The notes below the pieces were generated by a model that saw nothing but the letters and a program-made list of their open reading frames with translations, was not told the origin of the DNA and did not search any database. Positions 12,996 to 27,740 of a stretch of 64,000 bases of DNA are shown here, one piece after another (positions within the stretch are counted from its first letter, which is position 1; the number at the start of each line of letters is the position of its first letter). Source of the stretch: the human T2T-CHM13v2.0 reference genome, Homo sapiens. The stretch lies in the NCBI RefSeq assembly GCF_009914755.1, contig NC_060925.1, one strand, 5' to 3'. Made by a program: the position numbers and the translations under genes.

Positions 12996-14191
12996 TTCTG
13001 AATGTCCATAGTACTTAGCCTAGGTATTTCTCATGGCATTTATTGCTTTCCACATTGCATAGTGTGTAACTATATAATTATTTTTCTAATTATAAAATAA
13101 GTACTTTGAGGTCCATTTCCACATCTGCTTTGTCTTTGTATCCATTATGCCCAGTATATTACCACCCATGTAAAAAGTGCTAAAATGTTTAACATAAAAA
13201 AAAAAAAAACTTTTTTGGCTATCTCTACTTCTAGACTAGAGTCTGGAGTATGCTAAAACCATGGAAAAGAGCATGAATATCTCAAAATAAATATATTATC
13301 ACTATACTAAAAACAAGTTAAAATGTCTCCCGAAACTATCTTTGAAAATGAAGGACAATACATTTTCTAAGCCAATACCATTTAAAGCTAATAATGATAC
13401 TATCACCACAGCAATGATTTCTTACCAAAGTGTTTACTTAGAAATTGTCTAATTTTTATGTTTTCAATATTGTTACGTTTTCAACTATTTTTATGTTTTC
13501 AACAGAAAAGGTGAGTTAGAGGAAAACACACCCACACACTTTCTCTCTCATATATACCTACACACACTGTGGTTTTTATAAACACTGAAATTGAATTCAT
13601 GGCAAACACTATAAACCAGCACCTTGTCTTAATGTGCAACCAAATACCACTTTAAAACATGTATTTCATATATAGGTCCATGACATGCCAACAAAACTTT
13701 AAGACTGAATATGAAGGTATGCACACAAGCAGAAACCAAAAGAAATAATCTCAGGAGTACATAATTTGGCTAATAGTTTTTAAGGTTCAATTAATCCTAG
13801 AGGTCTTATTTAATAAAATACCAAAGAAGAAATGGACTATGTAATCATGGTTCTTTCTCTTTAGATTGTCTAAATATATTATTATATTATATATGCGATA
13901 AAATACGTAATATATACAATTATATTCAACATAATATATTGCCTAAGTTGAGGAAAAAATGCATGTAACTTTCTGAAATATGCAATCTTCAGGTAGGGTT
14001 GTGGTGAATATGTGGATAGAAATTGTAAAAACAAGAATTGAATGAGCAAATTTCAGGAATGCCAAAGAAGCTAGGTCTGATTTTGGTCATAGGACTAAAA
14101 ATCTTTAAAATGTATGTTTTAAAACTCTATTTCCTACCAATTCTCACATACAATTGACCATTCCCCCAAGTATCGCTGAAACTATGCTGCC

Positions 14192-14229
14192 AAGCCTCAG
14201 ATTTCTGTAAAAGCCTCGGATTTCTGTAA
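14192..14229. repeat. 19-bp tandem duplication aagcctcRgatttctgtaa
   Basis: Two adjacent copies with one mismatch. Confidence 0.9.
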
Positions 14230-15180
14230 CTGATTGTAACAGAATGTAAAAGAAGCTGGGAGATAAAACCATGTGAAATCAAGAGATAAATTAAAGAAGT
14301 TAGAAGCCATGACTGAAATTAAATATTTTGAAGCATCTTAGTAAGATGTTATACAAGGTTAAAATCAAGTCCAGAACTCAGCCTGCCAATGTTGTCAGAC
14401 TACTTGCTTTTCTTATATGCCAGAATATAAGAATGGAAAACAATATTAGGGGGACCAGACTGTTGGGCTATAGATACTATCTCTGTTTCTCTGTGTCTGA
14501 CCTTTATATTCCCGAGCTTAATCCTTGATTTACTCTTTCATCAGTATATCAGAGTAAGAAAACTCTGAAAAACCAAGTTGAGTACATTCTCATTTTCCAG
14601 GCAAATGGGCAATTTCTATTTTTGTGAACTGGGACTAAATGAACAAAGTGTAGAATTGTAATTTAATCAAATTCAAAACTTACTTAGCACATATTTAATA
14701 TATGACAATACGTTTCTCAAATATAAAGAGCAAGCAGCTAATTTATATGATTGTAATTAGTATTATCTATAATACTCTCAAGCCAAGCTTTTTCAGGTTC
14801 GGCTGAAAAGAAAATGAACTGAAGAGAGTATAGGAAGTTGCTACAAGCTTGGTGTGATGATCCCTGGATCTGTTACTATTGGGATGAAGGGAATAGATGG
14901 GGGAAAGAAATGGGAAAATCTAAGCAGCTGAGCTCCATTTGCTCCTCACCCTGTTTATTACCTAGAGAAAGAGGCTGGGGCTAACATGGACTAGACAGTC
15001 CAAGACTGGGCATGCACGGTTGAAGGAAAAGATGAGGGTAGAAGTGGGAATAATTTCTACAGCAGAAGGGATCTTGGTATCTCTGTTCTACTGCTTTCTT
15101 AATAGGTTGAATGGAAATGCCTTTCTCAAGAGACCACTTATCAAAGTAGTTTCAATTTCTTTTAAAATTAACTCAAACCC

Positions 15181-15622
<442 letters not shown>

Positions 15623-16473
15623 TTAATAACAGAAGAGTGCTGTAATGGTTAAAACAACTGGATTAAATACTTTCTAAGGTTTTCTCCTTCAAAACTCTAT
15701 GATTCTACATGTAGAAAAGCCCAAATGCCTACATTCCCCCAAGTTAGAGAAGCAGAGAGTGTTGAGAATATGCTCTGCTCTGCCTGGTTGCCTCCTTTCA
15801 TTTTCCCAGAGGGAAGGGAATGACTGGTATTACATATATTTCTTCTCTTCAAAGCTACTCTTACACATACAAGTATTGGCCAAACAATGTGACTTAAAAA
15901 GGAAAGCATGTTGCTCCGAACATCTTCCCATTGTGCCAAAAATTCCAGCATTCATTTGAATTTTGAGTTAACAGGCAAAACATGTGGAGGAAAAAATAGG
16001 GATGGGAACATTTTAACTTAAAACCGTACTGTTTTAAATAAAGTAACTACACTTAGAGGCCTGTGTGGAAGGGTAAAAGTAGGAGTAAAGAAGGTAACTT
16101 TGGAGGAGGAGAGGCACTGGTGGTAAAGCTCCAACAAATCAGAGGGCAGCATGAGAACACTGGGTTCCCAGAGACAGAGGGAGAAGAATGATAATATGTT
16201 GATACCAAAGGACTTGATTCCTGCAATTCTAGTCAATACTAGTCTTATTCCCTTCTATACGTACAAGTTCCAGCTGCAATTCAAACTTTAGGTCTTCAAC
16301 ATAATCTCCTCTATAGCAACGAGACAGAAAACAAAAAAGAATGTCCAGAAGGATGTGTACTACTCATTAGAGCCTTACCGCAAAGGGCAGGCATATAAGC
16401 ATCAAGCACAATATAACTAGATTTGGCACAGAGAACAACAGAGACCTGATTTGCTCCTTAAGAATCCAAGTGC

Positions 16474-16903
<430 letters not shown>

Positions 16904-19018
16904 CTATGACTTTGAGGATCAAATGAATGAATGATAACTCTGGGAAGGGAGATCATAGGTACAAACTCTAAAGAGAAACACAAAGTTTGTGCCATAAAAT
17001 ATTGGTGGTGGATAGATGACTGAGTGATGAAGAGCTAAGAAAGCATTTAAGTGAAACTGAACTGATGGATGAGAAAAGAAGCTAAAGAGAATACAGAAAG
17101 GGAGGGAACCAGCTTATTAAAAGTAATAAGGGCATTATTACTGACGGCATTACATACACTGTTTCCTTAAATCTTCAAACAACATTATGAGATTAGTTAT
17201 ATTATTATTACTATTTGCCTGATGAGCAAATTTAGGGTGTAGAAAGGTTAATTTCTTCCAAACCATACACCTAGAAAGTTGTACAGGCAGGATTTGTGCC
17301 TGCTTATGCACTTAACCAATAAATTGGGAGAATGGAGCTTAGAAAGCACATGAGTGGGAAATCATGCCTTTTAGGAGGTGGAATATAAATAAAAGATTTG
17401 GCAGCTCTTGTGAACTCAGTTCCTTTTTACTTCATACTAGGAGTTCCCTTGCAGTGCAATAAAATTTACTTTTATATTTATACTGAGCTCATGTTGCATT
17501 AATAGAGGGTAGAAGATGAGAAAGGATATTCCTGGAGGAAAAGTAACACTGGGAAATGGCTGCGGGGTGCTCAGGCATTACAGGTGGGTGGCAGCAGTGG
17601 CAGAGTGCCTGTGAGAGCAGAAACAAGCTGAGGACCTGGCTGGGGTGTGCATTCCTGAAAGGTCTGCTGAGAAGACCTCATGTATTTGCCAAAATACATA
17701 CTGCTCTTAGGTTTTACAATCAAATATATGTACATTTTTTTTTTGTGACAGGAAAAGGGATGGAGAGAAGTTTGTTAGAAATAAAAAGGTTTTCTAGTGG
17801 AAAGAACAACCAAAATAATTTACTCAAACTTCCTTCCCTTTCTTTTTTAAGGTGAATAATATCTGTATGGAAATATCATATTGAATATTTTAACATCCTG
17901 AGCAGCAGATTATAACATGCAATACCACTGTACACGAGGAGAGTTCTCTTTTTATCACACTATAGAGTTAACCAGAGTAATTATTTGTTTTGAGAATAGC
18001 AAAACACTTTGTTTAGAATGAAAATGTGCAAACTTCAGTATAAATATTCCAAGCATATTCAAAATCACTTTTTTGTTCAATAATTTTTAAACATCTAGAT
18101 CAAGAAGTTCCTTTAGCAGAACATTATGCTAACTACTCTTCTGACTATAAGTATCCTAACAAAACAGAAAGAATAAAACATTAAAAAATCTCCCGATTTA
18201 AAAAACAATTCTATGCACAATATTTGCATTTGAATCCATTTTATTTCCCCATTTCTGTAAAGACTATTCAACAGGATAATAAATGCTTTAGGACAAGAAT
18301 TACTGTGCATTTAATGTGGAATAGAGAGAATGTTATGCCAGGTAGTAAAGAGAATGAATGATACACATTTAACAGGAACTTCTAAATTATTAAATTGATA
18401 GAATTCAGGAGAGAAAGTGATAATGCAGTCAATTTATAGTGCATATAGTGAATATGTTAACTAAAATCACTTTGCACATTAGAAGAGAAATTCTGTCAGC
18501 ATTAGAAATAAATCAATTAAACATTGATTTATTTTAAAATCAGTACTCTATTATTGTCATACAATAAAACCTACTGGAGAAATTAATTAAAAGTAATTTT
18601 TTTTTATTATACCACCAGAGGTTTATTTTTAACCAACATAGAAATTAAACAGTAAAGTGCTGAAAAGAAAAGGGAAAAGTAAAATAGAAATCGCCAGGAA
18701 AAATAAAAATAAGCAATTATTTATATATATATAAAAAATAATTAAATAAGCATTCTAGTTTTAGAATTCTTACAAAGACTGAAAATACTGGGATTCTACA
18801 ACAGTCAAAGCATTTTTGAAAGTAAATTTTTACTTCATTATGTTTAATACTGATAAATCCTTCATTATATTTAAGATAAGAAAGAAGCATATTTTGGCTC
18901 ACATAAATTTTCAAATGTGGTATTTCTAAAACTGACTGCATTACTAGGCAAATTCTTCAAATCAATTCACTGATCTTTTTTACTGAAGGATGCATTGGTT
19001 TGAAAATCAAAGACTTAC

Positions 19019-19066
19019 GTCATCCAAAAAATCAATCAGTGAAGATGAGGAAGAAGAAAAGGAATC
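19019..19066 (-). CDS. CDC42BPA: CDC42BPA cassette microexon (48 nt, phase 0-0): DSFSSSSSSLIDFLDD
   Basis: Acceptor ttgctgtattcgttaaatAG|GAT, consensus donor GAC|GTaagt. 16 stop-free codons in the correct phase. Confidence 0.85.
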
Positions 19067-20141
19067 CTATTTAACGAATACAGCAATAAAAAAATAGAAA
19101 ATATGGATGAAGCAATTTAATAAGAATAATAAATCAAAAACTTTGTAAAACAATTGAAAGGCAAATGACATTAATTCAAATAAATAAATGAGAAAAGCAG
19201 TCACTATCATTGTTCTTGAGAAACTTAAGAGATTCATTAATTACTTTTTAAAGAGTGATTATTTTTCCTTTTCCTAAAGGAACGAAACACAATTCACATA
19301 CTGTGCCCAAAATGTAATAAAATGAAGCTCATGACAAATAATTAATAATCAAATTAAATGTAAGTACTTTTGAAGTAACAACTAAAAGTAAGCAATGGAA
19401 TTCCTGAGGCTTCTAATTCTTCCCACTGGAATGTAAGTTCTAGTGGGAAGGACTTTGTCTATTTTGGTCACTACTATATCTCCAGCACTTACAACAGTGC
19501 CTTGCACAAAGCTACATGATTATTATTTGTTCAATAAAGATATAATCACACTTAAATTTACTGAGACAAAAATATACTTGATAACAGTAAGTTGATTTTT
19601 TTAAAGCAAAGAATTTAAATACCAACGAATGATCAAGAGTTACATAATCACAATTTCATTACTGTGTGATATGCCTAACAGAGTCTATGTAACACCTTTT
19701 AACAAAAGCACTTCTTACTGTATAGTTTTTAAAAGATGAATTGATTTGAAATAAGAACCAGCAATACCTTATTGTCAGCTTTGACATTTTCTCACTTTTT
19801 ATTGTGGCACTATGCTTTGGAGAATAAAAAAATTGTCAAATTATTTCAAAAGTTGGGATTTGTTCTGCTCTTAATGTTTCTTAAGGGAGATGAAATTGCT
19901 TTTAAATCTTATAATGACTCTCATGATTAAATCTTTCTTAGATGTTTTGTTAAACAGAGGTGGGATTATAGTCTCCATAAGAATGCAGAACATATTCCTC
20001 TGCTAATATGTTTTTGTTTATTTAAGATTCTAGGTCCTCTGATGTGGGAAGCAATAAAATGGTTTTATTATAAGTGAACTTTAAATTACAAAGTGAATTT
20101 TAAATTGACCCCAGAGGATATGTGACATGTTTAATACTTAC

Positions 20142-20218
20142 TTCAAATTGATCCAGAGCATCGGTAGGCGTATTCAAAAATGCCAAGAAAGAATGCTGTG
20201 AGTCTTGGTGCTCTATAC
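20142..20218 (-). CDS. CDC42BPA: CDC42BPA coding exon (77 nt, phase 1-0): IEHQDSQHSFLAFLNTPTDALDQFE
   Basis: Acceptor gtcttctAG|GT, donor GAA|GTaagt. 2 nt + 25 codons. Confidence 0.95.
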
Positions 20219-22079
20219 CTAGAAGACAGCAGCAACTTTTTTTAAGGCTACAACAATTAAAATTGATTTTAATGGATAACCTTCCCTGTCTGAATCTACT
20301 AAAAGCAGTTCACAAACTACTGTATTTCAAAGTTGATCACTATAATTAACTCTACATTTAAACAAAACTAAAATACACTAGTGTTTCCTAGAATATCACT
20401 TAATAGTTCAATTACATCAGTTTCCATGAAATGCTTATTTATGTTACTGAGTTTCTTTCTTTTTGTGTATAGTAAATAATAAAAAACCACATTAAATCTT
20501 TTGGTAGGCTTGAGAGAATTTAAAAATAGGAGTCTGTTTATATCTGATTTTTCTAAGCTAATTCAACACCAAACAGGCTTATGTTTTGAAATACTCTTAT
20601 CAAAGCACAGAGTATGCACTAATAAGAATAATCCTTTATAAGAAATTAATGCAGTGATGAAACAAATACACTTAATTACAAAAAAACTGCCAATCTGATT
20701 TCAGGTATTTTTTTATTGACAGGATGAAGACTCCAAACCCCAGTTTTTCTCAGATGAATTTTTAAAAATTCATACATATCTCTTGACTATGGCATTAACT
20801 TTAAATGCACAATTTCCCAAGTAATTCTTACAACATACAAATAAAAATACTAGGTAGAAAAAAACCAGAAAACAGCCAATCCCACATTTTTCACTTCCAT
20901 ATCCTTAGGAATTGACATCAGCTGATTTGTGTTTTTCATATTACTATCTAATAATATAACACAGTTATCAGGTAAGGCAGTATGTTCAGAAATTCATTCA
21001 AATATTGAGAGTGTGCCAGACACTGTCCTAGAGACTTGGGGAAATAATAGTAAATGAAGCATTAAAAACATCCTTGCCCTCATACTGTAAATATCACATT
21101 ATATTACTGAAGTAGTAGTATACATTATGTTATACAATAAAATTTTGTTCTGCAATATTCAAAATCCAAATTAAAAAGCTGTGGTAAACATGCCTTCAGT
21201 GATAAACTTAAGTCTCTTTCAAGTTTAGGTCTATTCTAAAAATGATGCAATCAATGTCATCTGGCGTGCAAGTCATATTCTGCACTAGTCTCTCTCCTAT
21301 TTGCCATTAGGGCCACGAGTTGTCCATGTCTTACGAATTCTTTTTCTTTTCCTCACTAAATAATGTATCTTCTTTCAAATTTCCATTAATTAAAACCTAG
21401 CTTGATTTTCATTTTGGCATGATGGCTTGTGCTCCTAATCTGAATTACTATTCACTTTTTCTGGGCTCCTTCCTTTTGTTGTTAATTAAGAAATTCAATC
21501 CACAAGAATTTATTGAGCATCGACTATTTGTAAAGGCTTTTTCTTGTTAGCTTCTTTATGTGATTACTCTCTGTTCTCTATCATTTTACATGCAGATGCA
21601 GAGACTCCACCAGTTTTATCTCACTGTGTTGCATGGCTGAGAAATGATAGGAAAGCACTTAGACCTAATAAAAAGCCCATTAACGAGTTCAGTATTCAGT
21701 GATGGCCTTTGTCAGGAAAATCAATTTCAAATAAATGTATATAAGATATCCCTTTATTTTAAAAATATCTGAATTTCTTTTTATTAAATCTTCACTTTCT
21801 TAACATCCACATTAAGGAAAGTTTAAGAAGTTCATGTAATACAGCTATGAAGCACTCTGACTAAGCTTTCACATGAATGGAAAAATGTTCAAGTAAAGTT
21901 TTCAAGAAAATGGTAATAAATCCGGGATATCCTACAGGACAAGCAATTTAAGTGTCAAACTGGAAGAAGACATTAAAATGCCCCCCAAAATTTTCCTTAC
22001 TGAATTGCTCCATTAATACTAAATTAATCTTCAGCTATTTCATACATTGTTTCCTCAACTACCCTGAAAGTGAATCCCA

Positions 22080-22092
22080 CCCCCCCCCCCCC
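22080..22092. repeat. Poly(C)13 (G13 on the transcript strand)
   Basis: Read directly from the sequence. Confidence 0.95.
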
Positions 22093-22572
22093 AATTTTTA
22101 TACATTCTAGGCACATAAAAAGTGCTAGGAAATACTTGTTCAAGTACCCTTACCAAGTTCTGGATGTTAACACACATTGCCACTGTCAGAGTGATAACCT
22201 CATATCATAGCATTTGAGAATATTATAAAGTACATTATAAAATAAAATTTTTTTCCAATCACAAAAATGTTATTCATGAAGTAGTCCACTGCACTGAAAA
22301 AAAACGTCAAATTTATGGCAAAGTGTCTTTTTCTGTTACTATGAAATCATTAAACAATGCATATTAAGTAAAACAAAATGACTCAGAGGTCAGTCTTCCA
22401 AATGTGTGTGTATGCACATGCATCATATATACACACGTATATTCATAAATGAGTGCCAGAATTGCTTATGTCAACAATTCTCCCACCTATGCAATGAATT
22501 GATTCTTCTGTAATAAAATATATTTATAACATAACAGTAAGTCCTGAGTGAGGCAAACACACACTCCCATAC

Positions 22573-22664
22573 CCTTTTCAGATCTAAGCTCTTCAGTGTC
22601 CTTTATCAGCTGTTCGATTTCTGAGAGTAGTTCCAAGTTCTTCTTCTCTGAATCTTTTAGTTTA
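22573..22664 (-). CDS. CDC42BPA: CDC42BPA coding exon (92 nt, phase 2-1): KLKDSEKKNLELLSEIEQLIKDTEELRSEK(G), end of DMPK_coil
   Basis: Long pyrimidine tract ending tttaAG|T, donor AAGG|GTatgg. Confidence 0.97.
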
Positions 22665-22772
22665 CTTAAATAAGGAGAAAAAAGGAAAAATGTCATTAAT
22701 TTTTATTGCTGGTTAGTGAGCCATCTTGGATGTAGCCAAACTTACTTGGTTTAAATGTCAGGCATGGTAAAT

Positions 22773-22992
22773 TAGGGGACTATAAATTACTGCGGGAAGA
22801 ACAAATACAGCTTGCTACCTACTTTCATGTAGATTAACAGTTTTACTAGAACACAGCCAATCTCATTCATTTAAGTATTGACTATGGCTGCTTTTACACT
22901 ACAATAGCAGAGATGAGAAGCTGTGATGGAAGCTAATCAAAGCCTAAAATATTTACTAAATGAACCTTTACAGAAAACATTTGTGGACCCTG
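22773..22992. mobile_element. MER58-like hAT-Charlie element
   Basis: ttttactagaacacagcca...ctatggctgcttttacactacaatagcagag...aagcctaaaatatttact...tttacagaaaa. Confidence 0.7.
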
Positions 22993-24228
22993 AACTAAAT
23001 TATTAAATTTAAAAATGTTACAAAATCAAAGGTTAATTTTAGAATTCTGTTAGACTTTGTTAGATATTATACCATTACAGGCAACCATGAAAGTGGAGCA
23101 CATACAGGAGTAAGTTTATAATTTTTCAAACTGGCTCATCTTCCTGACTTATGAACAATATGTAAACTCATCTGTCCTAGGCATAAGGAGAAAAGATATT
23201 ACTTATTTCAAATTACAACACAGAGAATGATATTCATTAGCTCTTTATGCTGGGATCAATTCACTTTCTCCAGAAAAAGTTTTCCCCTCCTCAATGCCAC
23301 ATAAGCACATTTAAGTAAAACATACAATGTCTGCATTATTTATAGCAAAAAGCTTATAAACCAAAAGTTTATAATCCAACAGAAGTATCATGTATCTGGC
23401 CTTTGATTTGATTAAAAAGATAAACAATTGCAGTTTAAGGACTATGACTACACACCATTAAAAACTGAATTCATGGGCCTGCATTTCTTTTCAGGCTTTT
23501 GGAACTTTTGGTATTCTCAGCAGTCAATGGATTTTCGTATTTGTAGTTTCACTTGTGATGTGAAGTTTCTATTGTTCCTCTATGTCACTTAAACTGGCTT
23601 ATTTTGAACCATGTTTATAATCAGTCTAACTGTGAATCATTTATGTATTCAGAGTATGATTCACTCTAGTGTTGTGACCAGAATTGACGAAATGTGTTCA
23701 TTAGCTAACTGCTTCAGAGACTGTGGGATACACTTTTTCTAAATACATAAAGAAACATGAAAAACAATAATTATACTTAAAAGATATTATATCATTATGA
23801 AATTTGCCATCAATAGAATTTTCATTTATAAAAGACCTATGGTAGAGGCCACAATTTTCAAATGATTATATTTTGTTCTCACCATATGTTGTATTATTAT
23901 ACAAATATAATATTCCTAAACATGAGAGAATTTTAGGTTTAATAAAATTTGAGAGTCAACTAAATTTTATGAGGAAAATTAAATAATGGAATATTATTTA
24001 ATACTATTAATTCTACTTTATGGACAAGCCAGAGGAAAACAAGGCTATATTAAAACCTCATCACTATCTACAAGGCTTAAAAGCATCTAGTTATTTTCAA
24101 ATCTTTGTAACATATTTGGCCATCATTTTTCTAAAAGCAAGCAATGGAAACTAAACATGTAACTTCTCTCCAAATAATTATGACAAACTTAGAAATTATT
24201 CTAGTGGGACTATATGATTCAATCTTAC

Positions 24229-24377
24229 CATTCTGTTATGATATTAGATGCTTTAACTTTATTCAACTCTTCTTGGATGGCCTGTTTGGCTCTTATTTCT
24301 GCATCCAGAGCCGACTGCAACTCCAGTCTAGCTGACATATCCAGTTTCGCAAAACGACGCATTTTCCAGGGCATATC
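24229..24377 (-). CDS. CDC42BPA: CDC42BPA coding exon (149 nt, phase 0-2): [49 protein letters not shown](C), start of DMPK_coil
   Basis: Acceptor ttatttcatAG|GAT, donor GAATG|GTaaga. ELQSALxAEIRAKQ is the DMPK-type coiled-coil signature. Confidence 0.97.
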
Positions 24378-24623
24378 CTATGAAATAATGACTGTGTTTT
24401 TAGTTCCATCCTATTTTTAACATTTAAATTATTATAGTTAACCAGCTGTGTGTTATGTTTTTCTAAACTGGAAAAGACCCAAACTAATAGTTTTCTCATA
24501 AAAAACTCTTTAGTAGGCTCAAAGTCTAAACAAACTGATATAAGTAATTGGATTTATTATAGTGTTTTTTAAATCTCTTTTTTCTAATATGATAAGCCTC
24601 CATGCAAAATCATAGAAGCTTAC

Positions 24624-24729
24624 TGTTGCTCGTGTACCCAAGCTGGAATTTCTTAATGCCTCCAATTCTTCAGTCATTTTAGAAGCTAAGGCCTGAAGAT
24701 ACCCTCGTGCATCCTTTTCATCGCTGACC
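24624..24729 (-). CDS. CDC42BPA: CDC42BPA coding exon (106 nt, phase 2-0): [35 protein letters not shown]
   Basis: Acceptor tatattctAG|G, donor ACA|GTaagc. The [16 protein letters not shown] motif is characteristic of MRCK. Confidence 0.97.
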
Positions 24730-26340
24730 CTAGAATATATAAAGACAAAGTACAAAAGTAAAACAAAAAAGCTTCAGTGCAATATATGTTATTTTAAAGC
24801 TTCCTAAAGAAATAAGTGGTAGGAAATTCAAAGATAGTCTTAAATAATTTCTTTGAAAAGGTCTACCATAGTATACTACCTGTCAACAACTGGGAAGAGG
24901 TTTATGGAACTGTTCTTTTATGTACATGGTAGAGCAGGTGATGTTTACAAAAGTCCAAGTTACTCATAGCTGATACATTATTAAAACTTCACCCTTGAAA
25001 CACAGAATTAACACTCTTTAAATCTAACAATTAACACAGATGCACAAATGTGTGAGGTTTTCTAAATAATAAGATTTCTCAATTGGATTCTGCCATTTTA
25101 TATCATAAAAACAACATACCATTCTTAAAACTGAAGTGTATATTAAATTTAGAAAGTTTAATGTAGGATATTCTGCAAAAATCAGGGTTATATTGTAATT
25201 AAGCTCTTCTGTTTTCTGAAATGATCAATAAAATAACAAAGAGGGAAGATTAAAGTCTACCAAAACCTAATTTCTACTTACTGTCTTAAGGCTATCTAGC
25301 TAACGATACAATTATAATTTTAGACAGAAAGTTTTCAAATTATATTTAGTAAGACAAATTCCACATTTTAGAATTTCTCAAGAAAACGTCTGCATTTCTT
25401 ACACTTCCCTCAAGTGGGGAGAAGGTGAGGGGAGGAGTCCAGCATATCTACAAGAATCTAAAAAAGAAGGTCCTATTCTCAGGAAGAATGAAAACCACTG
25501 GTATACAGAAAGCCATACTGCACAAACAAAAAAAATGGAGTTGAAATTTGCAATGCTCACAAGTGTATTCTAAACACACTTTGGGGAAGACAATTTGTCT
25601 TTGTGCAGGCTGGTTGTCTTCAGATAAAATCCAGGTCACTGAAGCTATGAGGAAAGTATATTTCAGGTAAATCAGCATGTATCCGATGCATACAGCAGAC
25701 ATGTTTAACTCCTGAGCTCTGCTTTAGTATCTCTTAGAATGTAAACTCCTGAGGAGTCAAATTTATATATATCTTAAAGAGGCCCTTTAAAAGAGGCTTG
25801 TTGCTCTCTCCTCTTAGATGGGAGATTGTCTTTGGAGTATAAGCAAAAGAAAATATGGAGATGCAATAAAACCATGGTAAGGGACAGTTACACATTCCTA
25901 GGCTCTATCTACATGTACACATTTTTATTGCCTGTTAAAGAAAAATGGTTTTGGAAATTATTTTAAGAATGTTTGTGTAGCAAGGGTTGTGTCCTTCTAA
26001 AATTCTTTGACTACAAGTGACTGTAATCTTTTCATTTAATTACCTGATCTATAGTGTAGAGAATAAATTGGGATGAAGGAAGATTATCTTTTTTAGAATA
26101 CAAAAAAGATACTTATATAGTAACAATAAAGAAAACTGTATTATCCTTTAAGTGCCCAGGCTAACAGGTCTCACCTAGTGCTGGTTTAGTATCTACCATG
26201 GCTCAGAGATCTTAGTTTATGCACATTTCCAAGAAACTGTGAAGTCCAATGTGTTTAATTAACTTTGGAAATCAACCTCTTGTAAACTGACTTTAAGTTA
26301 TTTGGAATTTTATATGACAATCTCTTTTTTCTAACTTTGC

Positions 26341-26400
26341 TTTTTATTTACATGTTGAACACATTACATGTTGAACACATTTATTTACATGTTGAACACC
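26341..26400. repeat. Three-copy tandem repeat of ttacatgttgaacac
   Basis: Three identical 15-bp cores. Confidence 0.9.
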
Positions 26401-26546
26401 TTACAACTGCAGTCTTCCACTAATTCCTAACTTTTGATTAAACCTATTTCTCTTTTTCTTGGCTATAGAGAATTACTGGTTTGGAGGGCAACTCATGCCA
26501 TTTAAGTTCCACTGTACTCTAAGTCTCACACAACTCCTTCTCATAA

Positions 26547-26921
<375 letters not shown>

Positions 26922-27499
26922 CCAACACTATCTCTTGCTCCTTGCTTGTAGGCCATTTGGTTAAGTTTATTCATATTCATTCTCTTAACTTTTAAAACCA
27001 GTTTTAGAGGTAGGTGTCTTATCTTTTATTTGGCTAAATCATTCAAATATTTCTTAATAACAGTTATTATTACTATACATAATCACCCTCCCTACTACAC
27101 CTCATATTTTCAATTTCATTATTTCCATTGGTTCCTTTAAACATGTACAAACTCTACCAAATCCAAAAGTTCCCTGTCCTCCTCACTGACAAATCCCCAA
27201 ACATCCCATTTTCCCTCTTTCATTGTTACACTCCATACGTGTAATTGCTCTAGTATTAAACCCTCCATTCACTACTCTATACTTCCCGAAGTCTAATTCC
27301 TGCCTCAACTATTTTGCTGAAGCTAATCTGTTAAAACTCAACTACAGAAGGCCAACTTAGATCTATGTGTTCTCTTGGCACATTTAATCCTTCCCTTCCA
27401 AGTTCTCTCAAATGATCAATTAGTTAATACTTATTAAATACTATTGCATTGGGCATATTGAGAAGACAAATAAGGGACAGTTCCTGAAAAGTTGGGGCA

Positions 27500-27740
27500 T
27501 ATATAGTAATTAGGAACTTTGATTCTTAAGTCATATAGACCTGGTTTCAAATCCTAGCTCTGGTGCTTACCAGCTGTGTAACTTTGGGCAAATTACTTCT
27601 CTTTGTTATCCCACTTATAAAATGGGGATAGTAAAAATATCTATCTCACAGGACCGGTGTAATAACTAAATAAGAATACATGTGAATTTCCAGCCTAATG
27701 ACCAGAACACTCTTATGTTTTAATCAATAGAAGCTATTAC
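27500..27740 (+). mobile_element. MIR
   Basis: ctggtttcaaatcctagctct...tgtgtaactttgggcaaattactt...ataaaatggggatagtaa. Confidence 0.75.

Noticed and set aside
24144-24420. Plus-strand ORFs overlapping the 149-nt exon
   Set aside because: Antisense shadows of the real coding exon.
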